A program made the position numbers and the translations under genes. The notes under the pieces were generated by a model. That model was not told the DNA's origin and searched no databases. It was given only the letters and a program-made list of their open reading frames with translations. From Hypanus sabinus (Eukaryota), in assembly GCF_030144855.1 (NCBI RefSeq), contig NC_082715.1, positions 146,134,001 through 146,198,000 of the forward strand: a stretch of 64,000 nucleotides of DNA, in the 5' to 3' direction. Of the stretch, positions 13,293-26,725 are shown piece after piece (position 1 is the stretch's first letter; each line of letters begins with the position of its first letter).

Positions 13293-14490
13293 GGACCGTA
13301 AGATATAGGAGCAGAATTAGGCCATTTGTCCCTTTGAGTCTGCTCTGTCATTTCATCGTGGTTCATCACTTTTCCTTCTCAGCTCCAAGCTACTGCCTTC
13401 TCCATTTATCCCTTCATGCCCTGACTCAACAAGAATCCATCTACCTCTGCCTGAAATATATCCAATGACTTGGCATCCGCAATGGCAGCAAATTCCACAG
13501 ATTCACCACTTTGGCTAAAGAAATTCCTCCCCATCTCTGTTGTAAAAGGATGTCCCTCTATTCTGAGCCTGTGCTCGTGTTTTAGACGCCCACAGCATAA
13601 GAAACTTCTTCTCCGCATATACTCTATTGGGGTCTTTCAATATTTGATGGGTTTCAATGAGGTCACCCTCATTATTCTAAGTTCCGGTGAGTAGAGGCCC
13701 AGAGGCATCAAACACTCCTTGTGAAAATCCTTTCAATCCTGGAATCATTTTTATGAAACTCCTTTAAACCCTTTCCAATGTCAGCACATTTTTTTAGATA
13801 AGGGGCCTGAAACTGCTCACAATAGTCAAAGTGAGGTCTCACCAGTGCTTTGTAAACCCTCAGTGTTACATCCTTGCTTTTATATTCTAGTCCTCTCAAA
13901 ATTAATGCTAACATCACATTTGCCTTGGTCACCACTGACTGAACCTGAAAATTAATCTTTAGGGAATCCAGTATGAGGGCTTCCAACACCCTTTGCACCT
14001 CAGATTTTTAAATTTCCATTTAGAAAATAGTCTACCCTTCTACTGCATGACCATACACTTTACGACACCGTATTCCATCTGCCACTTATAATCTGTCAAA
14101 GTCATTCTGTAGTCTCTGTCCTTCCTCAAAACTACCTGTCCCACCACCTATTTTCGTATTCTCTGCCAAATTGTCCCCAAAACCATCAATTCCATCATCC
14201 AAGTTATTGACATATAATGTAAAAAGAAGTGATCCCAAAACAGACAGAAAAGGCTCCCTTTATTCCCACTCTTTGCCTCCTGTCAATCTGGCACATGTTA
14301 GAATCTTTCCTGTAATACATGGGCACTTAACTTGTTAAGCAGCCTTGTGTGGCACCTTGTCAAAGGCCTTCTTAAAATCTGCACAATATCCAATTCTCCT
14401 CTGCTTGTTATTTCTTCAAAGATTTTCCCTTAAGGAAAGCATGCTGACTATGGCCTATTGTATCACATGTCTCCTAGTATCCTGAAACCC
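13293..14490 (-). mobile_element. CR1 LINE, 5'-truncated
   Basis: ORFs 13406-13618 and 13708-13998 carry CR1 RT C-terminal motifs (YKALVRPHFDYC, PFTTEMGRNFFSQ). Confidence 0.9.
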
Positions 14491-15179
14491 CGGTCTTTTA
14501 TAAGCACCTGAGGATGCAGATTTAATATCCAATCAAAAAACCAGCACTTCTGCTCATGTAGCTTCTGTCTGCACTGCACAGGGCTGTCAACTTGCATTGT
14601 AAATTGATATCCAAAATTAACTTGACAAATACAAGTGACTATATTGAATTTGTTTCATGGGCATTCTAAGGGGAAAAGTGTGATTATATTCAAGTGCAAT
14701 ATCCACGAGTTCTGTTGTCTTCTGCCTGCTTGGAATAAGGGGTCTGTGAGGTTATAATATTTATACAAATCGAGTATCTTTGTCCTCTTTCTGCTTGCAT
14801 GTCAAGTTAGTGCCAAGTTTGGATCAACAGGTGAAGGTACGATAAGGGCATTACGGACTGGGTTTGGAAAACATTAACCATGTTGGTCTGGTTGATAGCT
14901 GGTAGCTCCAGAGGTTTTGGTTGGTTTTTTGAGCCTAAAGATTGAAAAGGGAAGTACAGAGGAGTGATTCCAGATGCACTTTGCATTCTGCCCTTGCGCT
15001 ACACTGGGAAGATCTAACGTGGAAATAGTGATCCCATTCACTTGCATAAGGCATCTGACTTTGTGGGAAAGATGTAAGCTTTCTTAGCTTAATTTCAATT
15101 TTTTGGTGTTTTAGTGTACATTTAATTTTAAAAAGGTAATTCTAAAAAGTGTTAAAATGACTTTTACAAATTTTGATCG

Positions 15180-16466
15180 CTGGAAGAATGTCGGGCTGTT
15201 CTGAGACTGGAACCTTGGAACAAACTGCCTGGCATGGTCTGATCTGTCTTACTAGATTCCTGTCAGACGAGGGCAGCAGAGTGCCGCCGCTCACAGACCG
15301 GCTGTGATAAAGCTTTTGATAAAGTCCCACATAGGAGATTAGTGGGCAAAATTAGGGCACATGGTATTGGGGGCAAAGTACTGACATGGGTTGAAAATTG
15401 GCTGGCTGACAGGAAACAAAGAGTAGCGATTAACAGGTCCCTTTCGGAATGGCAGGCTGTGACCAGTGGGGTACTGCAAGGTTCAGTGCTGGGACTGCAG
15501 CTGTTTACAATATACATTAATGATTTAGATGAAGGGATTAAAAGTAACATTAGCAAATTTGCTGATGATAAAGCTGGGTGGCAGTGTGAAATGTCAGGAG
15601 GATGCAGGGTGACTTGGACAGGTTGGATGAGTGGGCAAATGTATGGCAGATGCAGTTTAATGTGGATAAATGTGAGGTTATCCACTTCGGTGGCAAGAAC
15701 AGGAAGGCAGATTACTATCTAAATGGACTCAAGTTAGGAAAAGGGGAAGTACAACGAGATCTAGGTGTTCTTGTACATCAGTCAATGAAAGCAAGCATGC
15801 AGGTACAGCAGGCAGTAAAGAAAGCTAATGGCATGCTGGCCTTTATAACGAGGAATTGAGTATAGGAGTAAAGAGGTCCTTCTGCAGCTGTACAGGGCCC
15901 TGGTGAGACCCCACCTGGAGTACTGTGTGCAGTTTTGGTCTCCAAATTTGATGAAGAACATTCTTGCTATTGAGGGAGTGCAGCATAGGTTCACAAGGTT
16001 AATTCCTGGAATGGCAGGACTGTCATATGTTGAAAGATTGGAGTGACTGGGCTTGTATACACTGGAATTTAGAAGGATGAGAGGGGATCTGGTTGAAACA
16101 TAAGATTATTAAGGGATTGGACACACTGGAGGCAGGAAGCCTGTTCCCGCTGATGGTTGAGTCCAGAACTAGAGGCCACAGTTTAAGAATAAGGGGTAGG
16201 CCATTTAGAACAGAGATGCGGAAAAACATTTTCACCCAGAGAGTGGTGGATATGTGCAATGCTCTGCCCCAGAAGGCAGTGGAGGCCAAGTCTCTGGATG
16301 CATTCAAGAGAGAATTAGACAGAGCTCTTATAGATAGCGGGGTCAAGGGATATGGGGAGAGGGCAGGAACAGGGTACTGATTGTGTATGATCATCCATGA
16401 TCACAGTGAATGGTGGTGCTGGCTAGAAGGGCTGAATGGCCTACTCTTGCACCTACTGTCTATTGG
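15180..16466 (+). mobile_element. CR1 LINE, 5'-truncated, relatively young
   Basis: ORFs 15342-15722, 15602-15859, 16093-16380: VTSGVLQGSVLG..FTIYINDLD..KFADD, QMQFNVDKC, RGHSLRI; CR1 3' end. Confidence 0.95.
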
Positions 16467-16514
16467 CTGCTCAAAGCACCCGGAGATTTCAGGTTCAATT
16501 CTGACCGCAAACGG

Positions 16515-18110
16515 TTAAACATAGAAAATAGGTGCAGGAGTAGGCCTTTTGGCCCTACGAGCCTGCACCACCATTCAGTATGATCATAGCTGATCATCCA
16601 ACTCAGAACCCTGTACCTGCTTTCTCTCCATACCCCCGATCTCTTTAGCCACAAGGGCCATATCTAACTTAAATATAGCCAATGAACTGGCCTCAACTGT
16701 TTCCTGTGGCAGAGAATTCCGCAGATTCACCAGTCTCTGTGTGAAGAAGTTTTTCCTCATCTCGATCCTAAAAGGCTTCCCCTTTATCCTTAAACTGTGA
16801 CCCCTTGTTCTGGACTTCCCCAACATTGGAAACAATCTTCCTGCATCTAGCCTGTCCAATCCATTTAGAATTTTATACGTTTCAATAAGATCCCCCCTCA
16901 ATCTTCTAAATTCCAGTGAGTATAAGCCTAGTCGATCCAGTCTTTCTTCATACGAACATCCTGCCATCCCAGGAATCAATCTGGTGAACCTTCTCTGTAC
17001 TCCATCTATGCCAAGAATGTCTTTCCTCAGATTAGGGGACCCAAACTGCACACAATATTATAGGTGCGGTCTCACCAAGGCCTTGTACAACTGCAGTAGA
17101 ACCTCCCTGCTCCTGTACTCAAATCCTTTTGCTATGAATGCCAACATACCATTTGCCTTTTTCACCGCCTGCTGTACCTGCATGCCCACCTTCAATGACT
17201 GGTGTACAATGACACCCAGGTCTCATTGCATCTCCCCTTTTCCTAATCCGCCACCGTTCAGATAATAATCCCCTATCACTATAGCTCTCCCACTCCTTTT
17301 CCTTCCCTCCTGTGCTGCAGAGCCACCCACGGTGCAATGAACTCGGTTGCTGCTGCCTTCCCCTGATGAGACATCTCCCCCAACAGTATCCAAAACAGTA
17401 TATCTGTTTAGGAGGGAGATGACCCCAGGGAACTCCTGCACTACCTGCCTACTGCTATGCTGTCTAGTGGCCACCCTTTCCCTTTCTGCCTGTGTAGCCT
17501 TTACCTGTGGTGTGGTCAACTCACTGAACGTGCTATTCATGACTTTTTCAGCATTTGGGGATGCTCCAGTATGAATCCAATCGCAGCTCTGGATGCTCAA
17601 TGCGGTCTGCCAGAAGCTGCAGTTGGACACACTTCCTGCACACATAGTCATCAGGGACACTGGAAGTATCCCTGATTTCCCACATGCCGCAGGATGAACA
17701 AACCCCAGGGCTGATCTCAGCTGCCATGACCTACCTGATACTTGCCTCAACTTTTGAAACTTTCTCCTTTGAAAGGAACTTACCCGGCCTTACCTCACTT
17801 GGAGTGAAGCTCGTCCTCAGCCTCTTCTCGTCGAAGCCTCTCGAGTCAAAGCCTCAAATCTCCACTCCTTCACTGGCCCACTCACTCACTGGCCGCTCCG
17901 CTTGAGGTAACCCTCTATTTATTTGAGCTTTTCAAACTGCTTGGTCACCTGACCTCGATTGCCCAATCAGCTGCTTTCTGCTGAGTCTGAGCTATTCAAA
18001 TCTTGGTTGACTTGATTGCACAGTCCAACTGCCAAAACTGCCAGAATCTCTCGAGTCAAAGCTTCAAATCTCCACTCCTTCACTGGTCCACTCACTCACT
18101 GGCCGCTTTC
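16515..18110 (-). mobile_element. Internally deleted CR1 LINE: 5' region and ORF1 N-part fused to ORF2 3' end
   Basis: ORF 17223-17750 ends in ORF1 esterase-start motif GRAIVIGD and continues directly as ORF2 YYLNG..LGKGE; ORF 16584-17051 is the RT C-terminus; 65-bp direct repeat at 17834-17899/18044-18109 in the 5' region. Confidence 0.85.
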
Positions 18111-18959
18111 TGGAGTGGAGGTTGCCTGTGGTCCATGAGATGCTGGTGCTTGAGTTCCCACCTACATCCCAATAACGTGCGAGTTGGTTGCAGTAAATTG
18201 CCCCTAGAGCGTGGGTAATTTGTAGAATGGGCGGGGGGGGGGGTGTGTGTGTGGTGAAGTAGTTGAGTTGAATGTGTGAGGCAGATGCTGTAGGGAAATT
18301 TGCGTGTGTGAGGGGGCACGGGTAGTTGGAATAAGAATATTCTGAGAAACTGTGCACTCGGCGGCCAGTCGGGCGTCCTTCTATGTCATAAGGGAATATG
18401 GATCGGGAGGGGGTAGAGTGGGGTGTCTACCTGGAAAGGAGTTCGTGTGGCGGGGGAAGGGGAGTGGACTCGTCTGGGAAGCAGGCAGTGAATCCAGGCG
18501 GCAGGAACCAAGGAAATAAAATTTTGAATTCTTAAAGAGTGATGAAATTCTGTTTAATGGCCATCATCCTGAAACATTAAGTTTAAAAAAAAAACAACAC
18601 GCAAATGCTGGAAATCTAGCATAAAACAAACCGCTGAACAATCTCAGCTTGGCAGGTTCCAAGGGTGGGAAAAGAAATCGAATTAACATTTGGGATCGAA
18701 GATTCTCATCCTTCGCAGTGCTGCTGAAGGTTGGTGGAGTGGGTGAAAGGGCCCATTTTTTCCTTTGACTCGGTATATTCCATTTTTATGTACAATATAA
18801 TGCATTTCAAACATTGCAACATAATGGAAAATTCGCCCATTCTGAGTTGAGAATAATAATTGATGTAGAGTTTTCTTAAAGTGTTTGGAGTCAATTTTAG
18901 CAATTCAAAGCACTGAAAGTGGTTCTGACTGACGGGAGTAAAAGGTCTTGACACTTCAT

Positions 18960-18975
18960 CCACCAGAGGGCAGCA
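18960..18975 (+). promoter_or_regulatory. CTCF-binding motif (candidate insulator)
   Basis: CCACCAGAGGGCAGCA is a perfect match to the core consensus CCASYAGRKGGCRS. Confidence 0.55.
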
Positions 18976-19197
18976 ATTATTCAGTTTTGGAGTTCGCACT
19001 CTGTGGCAGCAGATGTTCCGCAGTTCCGCAGCTTGTCAAAGAAAGATTAAATATAGTTTACCACAAATGCAATCTACTAGCTGTAGATAAATGTACGGGA
19101 TTACTATTCAGTGTATCACCTTCATGCGTGTTCAGTAAGGGGTAAATGTTCTGTGTATATACTGTACATTTAAATACTTAACAAATTCTGGCACAGT

Positions 19198-19999
19198 AAT
19201 AATGGTGATTAGATACAAAGTGAATCTCTCTCGCAACTGTTTCAAGCATCTGACGTCCTTCTTCAGCCATCGTTCTTCTCCCCACTTGCTAGGTTCTAAA
19301 AATCTCCCCAACCCTTGATAGTTTATGCCAGCTTCTGCCTTCTTTCCCAGCCATGCTGGTCTCCTTTGCAGCCCCTCCAGCTTGATTTAGAAATGGACAC
19401 TCCGTGTATTTAATCATGTTTAAGATGGCTGGTATTGAAATGGAAAAGATGCTAAATGCAGATGCTGAGAATCTGAAACCAAAACAAAACATGCTAGAAA
19501 TACTCAGCGGCTTAGATGTCATCTGCTAGGTGATCTCACAACAGGATGAGGGTAAGTTAGTTTAAGGCATTATAAAAATGATGTGAAAGGTGTATATGAG
19601 ATTTCCTTGGATACTACCTGGACTAGAGAGCATGTCTTATGAGACATGCTAGCTTATGGCAGCTTTGGCTTCTGGTTGAGCAAACCGGAGTTTTTCTCTT
19701 TGGACTGAAGGAGGATGAGAGATACAGATTAAGTGGGCAGCCATAGACATTTTCCCAGCTTGGAAATGATCAATAAAGGGGGCATATTTTTAAGGTGATT
19801 GGAGGAAAGCATGGGGAGTGGGTTAGGTAGGTTTTTTTTACACAGTGGTGGAGAAAGGTCTCTAGCTATCCACTCGATGGCAGCAATCCGCTGTAACAGA
19901 GAAGCAGTGCTTTATTCAGAATTCCAGGAAGGCCAGGAATAATAGTGATTAAATGCAAAGTGAAGCTCTCTCCCAATTGTTTCAAGCGTCTGACGTCCT
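19198..19999 (+). repeat. Dispersed direct repeat, 62 bp (19198-19259 and 19938-19999)
   Basis: Ungapped, 55/62 identical by hand alignment. Confidence 0.85.
19870..19885 (+). promoter_or_regulatory. Second CTCF-like motif, same orientation
   Basis: CCACTCGATGGCAGCA, one mismatch to the consensus; lies in an apparent duplicate of the first motif's region. Confidence 0.4.
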
Positions 20000-20439
20000 G
20001 GTTTGCCTGCCTATTCTGATATACCTTCCACGAGGCTTGGTGACATTTTTTTTTGTTAAATAACACTCCATTGAAAGTCATCATAACACTCTACTGTGTT
20101 AAAGTCTCAATGAGTTGTTTTTGAGATCTGGTCAGATCAATTCTACTTTCTTGCTTTTCAAATGTTAGAAAAATTAAAATTACATAGAGGGTGCAGCTTC
20201 CATACCTCTACTGAGTTTTGAATTGTTAAGCAATGGCTATTGATGAGGCAGCATGTTGCTTTCCATAGACATGACATCATATAACTTACAGACAATTTCA
20301 GTGTCTTCAGCTAAGTTGCTGCCAATGATGACACTGTGCATGGATTCCATTCTAATATAATTTCACAGCACAGACCCATTCGAAGATGGAAGAAGTAAAA
20401 GAAGCCAGTGATCTTCACATTTAAGTCTTGATGCAGACA

Positions 20440-20750
20440 TTGCGATGGTGCATCTGGAAGCGCTGTTGCCTCAGTACCAGAGGCCCCAGTTCAATGGATG
20501 CTACCCCTGTGTCAGGTTTGCTCAATTCCCATGCGACAGTGTGGGATTCCTCTGGGTGCTCTCACATTCCAAAATTGTGTGACTTGTTAGGTTAATTGGC
20601 CACTGTAAGATCACCACGTGAGTGTGAGTGGGTGGTAGAATTTAGGGTTGGGGGGGTGAGTGTTGGAGGGTTGATTAAAATGTGGGAAGAATAATAAATA
20701 GGATTAATATGAGATGGTTGATGGGCATGACCCTGCTGTATCTTTCTATG
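20440..20750 (+). mobile_element. tRNA-derived SINE (HE1/V-SINE-like), degenerate
   Basis: Core gtgggattcctctgggtgctc..cacattccaaa..taggttaattggccactgtaa. Confidence 0.7.
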
Positions 20751-21554
20751 ACTCCACGAGATTAGTTTATTTTATAATACATTATTGCTACAAATATAAT
20801 TTTGTTTTGTTTTGAGAAGTAATCATTTCTGCCCCTTTAAAATGTTGGATTCTATTTTTGGAAACTTTGGATAGTTACATTCCTTCCCACCCCTTCTTTG
20901 AAACCTTCCTATAAATTCAAAGGAAATAAAGATAGAGAAATTGTGCACCTTTGTTTAGAAGTTGAAGTACTTAGGCTGCAAACAGAGTAATGCTATTTTA
21001 TTGACATCTTAATTTGCTTTCATTGAAAGGTTTCCACTTTACACCAACTATAACGTAGGCAAGGACAGAATCAGACCAGCATGGGATTTATCTCTAATTA
21101 GATGCTAAGAATGTTCAGCAAAGTTAAAGAAAAAAATGTGACATGATGAATACAACAGCGGTAGTGACCAGGCCTGCAAACCAAATGTTCAAACTGAATG
21201 CAGAAGGATAGGGAAAAAAGAAAAGTAAATGAGTTGAAGGCAAGTTCAACTTCAAGTTTATTGTCCTCTGACTGTACATATATACAATGCGGTGCACCCA
21301 GAAAAAATATATCAGGCATAACAAATTATTTGACTCAGATGATGAAAAAGTAGAATTAGTTTGGCTGGAAATAAACAACATAGCAAGGAAGTCACTGGTA
21401 GTCTTGCCTAGTGGCAGCTCCATTGTAGGCTGCTGTAAAGCAAGAAATCACATAGGGATGAAAGAAAACTATAAGAATAATTGTGGGTGCTTTTAATGCT
21501 CAGAATAGAAGCATAAACGTGTCAAAGCTGGTTTGGAGATTATTGTTTAGTTGT

Positions 21555-21900
21555 TCCTAGAAACAGAAAACCTACAGCACAATACAGGCCCTTCTGCCCA
21601 CAAAGTTGTGCCGAACATGTCCCTACCTTAGAAATTACTGGGCTTACCCATTGCCCTCTATTTTTCTAAGCTCCATTACGTATCCAAAAGTCCCTTAAAA
21701 GACCCTATCGTAACCGCCTCCACCACCATTGTCGGCAGCCGATTCCACGCACTCACCACTCTCTGCGTGACCCGTCTACAACCACTCTTTGCCTTCTGTG
21801 GTCAAGCCATTTCTGGATCTATAAAGCAATGTCCCCTTGGATCCCATGCCTCCTTTCTTTCTAAGTAAGCCTTGCATGGGGTACCTTATCAAATGCCTTT
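21555..21900 (-). mobile_element. CR1 LINE 3' fragment
   Basis: Tail tagaaacagaaaacctacagcacaatacaggccc followed by reverse-complement CR1 C-terminal sequence. Confidence 0.85.
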
Positions 21901-21909
21901 TCAACTTTT

Positions 21910-22375
21910 GAGCCTCAGAGTCATGTTTATTATCACCGACATGTGTCATGAAATTTAACTTAGCAGCAGCAGTTCAATGCAATGCATAATACAGAAGAAG
22001 AAGAAAAAATAAATAAGTAAATCAATTACTGTATATGTATTCCATAATCTATTCAATAACAGATTAAAATAGTGCAAAAACAAAAATAATGCATATTAAA
22101 AAAGCGAGGTAGTGTTCACGGGTTCAATGTCCATTTAGGAATCAGATGGCAGAGGGGAAGAAGCTGTTCCTGAATCCCTGAGTGTGTACCCAGGAGGCTT
22201 CTGTACCTCCTACCTGATGGTAACAATGAGAAAAGGGTATGCCCTGGGTGCTGGAGGTCCTTAATAATGGACGCTGCCTTTCTGAGACACCGCTCCTTGA
22301 AGATGTCCTGGGTATTTTGTAGGTTTGTACACAAGACAGAGCCGACTAAGTTTACAACCCTTTGCAGCTTCTCGT
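21910..22375 (-). mobile_element. Rex1/Babar-like LINE 3' fragment
   Basis: ORF 22116-22382 LQRVV..KAASIIKDLQHPGHTLFSLLPSGRRYRS. Confidence 0.75.
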
Positions 22376-22929
22376 TAGGCATTTTATCATTATCACCCTC
22401 TGATACCTAATTTTCATCCAATGCGTTCTCTTTAATTATTCTGCCATCTTCAAGCTCTTTTCAAAACTAGGACTTGGAAAAACCTGGACCTGAAAAAATT
22501 TCACCTCGGCTCGTTCACTATATTTTAGATAGTTAAGTTATGTGCAGCTGGTGGTAATGGGGAAAATGGAAGAACTGGCGAATAATTTAAACTAGGGCGC
22601 AATAGGTGAGCAGATAATGTTTAAAACGAAATATTCAAGAGAGTTCTTGCAAATTTATTGTTTCTGAAATAAACTTGCCAACTGAACAAGTAATAAATGA
22701 ATAATCAGTTCAAACTCTGTATCAGAAAAATAAAAGATAGAAGGTTTTGGACATTGAAATAATCCAAAATATGTAGAAATGTCTTTTTCTGGAGAAACTC
22801 CAGTTAAGTCATAGTACCACAGTGAGTGAGAGAGAACCACAGAGAAAATGCAATGTGGGTAGGCAATACGGTGAAAGTAACAACGAAATAGATTGCGAGG
22901 TGAAGAGTTCTTCTAAGGAACCATTTAAT

Positions 22930-23720
22930 AGTGTTGTAACAGTGTGGTAGGAGTTGACTTTGAGCAGGTGGTACCTGTATCCAGGCTTTTGTGTCTTCTG
23001 CCTAAGGAGATGGAGATGAGTGAACATCTGGGGTGGGTGAATATACCGGCTGCTTTGCTAGGGCAGTGAGAATTGTAAACAGAGTCCACGGAGGGGAGGT
23101 TGGTTTCTATCAAGTGCTGAACTGTAGCCAGGATTCTCTGAGATTTCTTCTGGTCACCGGCAGAGCAATTGTCATACCAAGCCGTAATGCATCCAGATAG
23201 GATGCATTTTATGGTGCATTGATAAAAATCGTTAAAGGTCATTGGAGACATACGAAATTTATTTACCCTCCAGAGGAAGCAGAGATGCTGGTGAGCTCCC
23301 TTGGCCATGAAGTCCACGTGGATGCACTAAGATAGGAGCTTGGTGATGTTCACTCCCAGGAAATTGAAGTTGGAAAGCTGTCAACCTTTCAACCTCAACA
23401 CCGTTGATGAAGGCAGGAGATGTGCACCGCCTTCACTTCCTGTAGTCAATGACGAATTCTTTCATTTCTCTGATTGTTGTTATGATATCATGTTCTTGAG
23501 CTCTCTATATTGTTCCTGTACTTGGACTCATTGTTGTCTGAGATACAGCCCACTATGGCGTCTACCATCTACCATCTACCAACCTGTTTGGACAAATTCT
23601 GACCCTCAGGCCATCAGCATACAGGGGGTAGAGTAGGGGACTGAGGACGAAATCTTGTAGAGTACTAGGGTTTAGAATAATTGTGGTGGAGGTGTGTCTC
23701 CTTACGGTAATCTGTTAATC
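22930..23720 (-). mobile_element. Rex1/Babar-like LINE RT C-terminal fragment
   Basis: ORF 22925-23317 KAHQHLCFLWR..FYQCTIKCILSGCITAWY..HP (DUF1891-type RT tail). Confidence 0.75.
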
Positions 23721-26084
23721 AGAATTGGTTAGAATTAGAAAATAGTATTCCCGTTTATCAGATATTTAGAAATGATTGGGCAACTGCACCTAGGAAGGGT
23801 GGCCTTTAATTGCTTGTCAGGAGAATATAAGTAATCAAAATCATCGGAGACCTGTGGTTAAAATTGAGGATAAGGCAAGCCTGAATAGAGGTATCTCTAT
23901 CAAATGAATTAATGCATTCTGCCAGATCACTGTTCTGATGGGAGTGCTATGGCAGTATGGTTAACTGCAGAGTTTAGCAAAACGATGCAGCAAACATAAC
24001 GTTGCTTTAGTAGGGGATTTTATATTTTATACATGCACTCGGAAAAGCAGAGTACCTGTCGAGGAAAGTAATTTGTGCATATTCAAGAAAGTTTTCTGCA
24101 GCAAACTCTTCCATATTCAGGTCACGAATAATTACTGGAAATTTAGTGTTAATTAGCAATAATTAATTACATGATAACATTTATATGTTATATCTCTGGT
24201 GATAAAGTGAAATACTTTCCAAATAAACATAACATAAACTTTGGAATATAATGCAGCACAAATTGTTGCAGCGTAAAAGAGAGTATTCTTACTCCAAGAG
24301 ACTGGGGAAAATTAATCATGATAAGGAAACAGCAAGGGAACAATCAGCATCCAGTGATCAATCCTAGAATAACCTTCACTGATTGGTCGTTGTCCCAATC
24401 AAGGGTTTCAATTGTTCTGGGGTAAACCAAAGAACTCAACTCACACTCTCCAGTACAACGATTTGAGTTTTCAGACTGGTGTTTTACCGAATAAACGGTA
24501 ATTTCGAAATCCAGCTTGTTCTATTGATTGGCTTCGGATCTCATCAGTAGTTACGTGCGCACGAACACAACAGAAGCCATAAAAGTCAGAAAGAGCTCCA
24601 GAAAGAGAATAGAAACACATGTGAAACGAAATAGCTGTAATCACTTTGCAATTGTGTTCAAAACTGACCAGTAAAGGTTAATGCAGTTCTTTTAAAACAG
24701 ATGGGCACGATTAGACATGCCATACTTTGGAAAATAATTTGGCTCCAGCCCTTACAACAAAAAAAGATGCCACAAGAACACAATAGGAAGGGGACTGCTC
24801 AAACCTGTCCTGCTATTCAGTATGCTCATGCTGTTCAGCTGGTCTACGCTGGCCTCAATTTCTCTGCCATGATAGTTCCCATATCTCTCAATTACAAGAT
24901 CTCAGTTTATCCTCTTGTACATAAAGTACATGTAATAACCTAATCGCCTGGAATATAGAATTCCAGGTATTTTCCACCCAAAGCAAAAATACTTTTATGT
25001 ACCTCCATTTTAAATGATCAGACCTTTATTTTGCCAAGTTTATTGTCAGATGCACAAGTACACGTATACACGTGTGCAATGAAATTCTTGCTTGCATCAC
25101 TCTCACAGGCAGATGAAATTAGAAACACAACATTCATAAAAAATATACTTTGAATATAACATACAAAATTATACGGAAGAACACAAATAGAATAAAAACT
25201 GTTACAAAGTGGTCAAAATGTTGTTATACTGAGGATTAAGGTTGTGCACATTGTTTCAAGGACCAACTGATTGAAGCTAAGTAGATATTCTTGAATCTGT
25301 TGGTATAGGACTTCTGTACCTATGGAGGCTGTGAAAAGATGACATAGTCGGATGGTAGGAATCTTGGATGACAGATGTTCACTTCTTGAGCCAGCACCTC
25401 ATGTAGACCATATTCACTTATTCAAGCCTCTCCCACTAATGGAAATGTTTCACGATTTACTCTGTGGTGTCCTATCAATATCTCAGAACAATAAGGTCAC
25501 CTCCCATTCTTCTAAATTCAGGGTTTATGGGCCCAAACTATTTAACCTCATTTTTTAGGACATCCAGAAATTGGCCTGGTGAATCTTTTTTTGACTGCTT
25601 CCAATGCGTTAATGTCTATCTTTTAGGTTAGAAAGTTAAAACTTAGCACAATACCCCAGGAATGACCTTATCAGCTCTCTCTACATTTGCATAAAGTTTC
25701 CCTAGTTTTAAACTTCGACCTCTCGTAATAATTTATCTAAATGCCACAGAAGTTAATATCATGAGGACTGAAACTAACTAGAATTGACACTAGCAAGAAC
25801 ATAACACTGAAAATTGCAGCGAGGACAGAAACATCACAATATTGTTTTCTGTTCCATACTAGGATTTGATAGGCCAGTAACTGGCAGGTTGCTGCAAGTG
25901 ATGGGTGCGGGTTCAATTTCAGCATTTGAGAGAAATTCCTGTAAGTACATGGATGGGAGAGGTATGGAGTGCTATGGGTCAGGTGTAGGTCGATACTGCT
26001 ACTCAGTATAATAGTGTGTCACAGATTACATGGACCGGAGGGCCTGTTTCTATGCTTTATGAGCAACACAGAGCAAAACCGTTC

Positions 26085-26725
26085 AAGCCTAATCCATTGT
26101 TCATTGCAGAACGTTCCAGATCTTATTGCCGGCAGCAAGGCGAAGAAGGAGATTTTGCTGTTGGCACCATTGCATTAAGCTCCTGTGATTTTATTGTGCT
26201 CCCAAATGTTACCCGCCAAGATCAATCAATCCGGGATCACGCGGGGAGTCTTTCCCAACAGCTGTTTATTTAGCCCTTATTTCTCTGACGGCTAGGAGGG
26301 CGCTCTTGCTTAAATGGGAAGATGCGGTCCCGCCCTCTCACGTTCAACGGTTGTATGATGTGATATGTTTAAACAGAGAAGATTCGGTGTTCAATTTCTG
26401 AATCTAATCAAGACTTTCAAACACCGTGGGAGCCTTTTTTGAACTATTTTCAAAACCTTTGATTTGCCGTTACAGCACAGATGATGGCTAATAAACTTTT
26501 TTTTTCTTTTTTCTTCTTTATTAATCAGATTCGATCTTGCTAGTGGGTTAGATTATTTTTTCATATAATAAATTTACTATATTTCAATATTATGAATTAA
26601 TCAATTTGTATGAATATAGATTAAGGAGTTTGTATGTGCAATTCGGTATAATATATTTGATATATTTCTTTTTTCTTGAACTCTGTATTCTTCTATGTGG
26701 AAATTAATAAAAATATTGAAAAATC
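26085..26725 (+). mobile_element. L1-clade LINE 3' end
   Basis: Frameshifted LALISLTARRALLLKW..PPSH..EKIR....QTPWEPFLNYF* is typical of the fish L1 ORF2 C-terminus; AT-rich 3' UTR ending aataaaaatattgaaaaa. Confidence 0.75.

Noticed and set aside
24701-24943. 80-aa ORF after an AG acceptor, with a hydrophobic stretch in another frame
   Set aside because: No recognisable domain, stops in alternative frames, no linked exons
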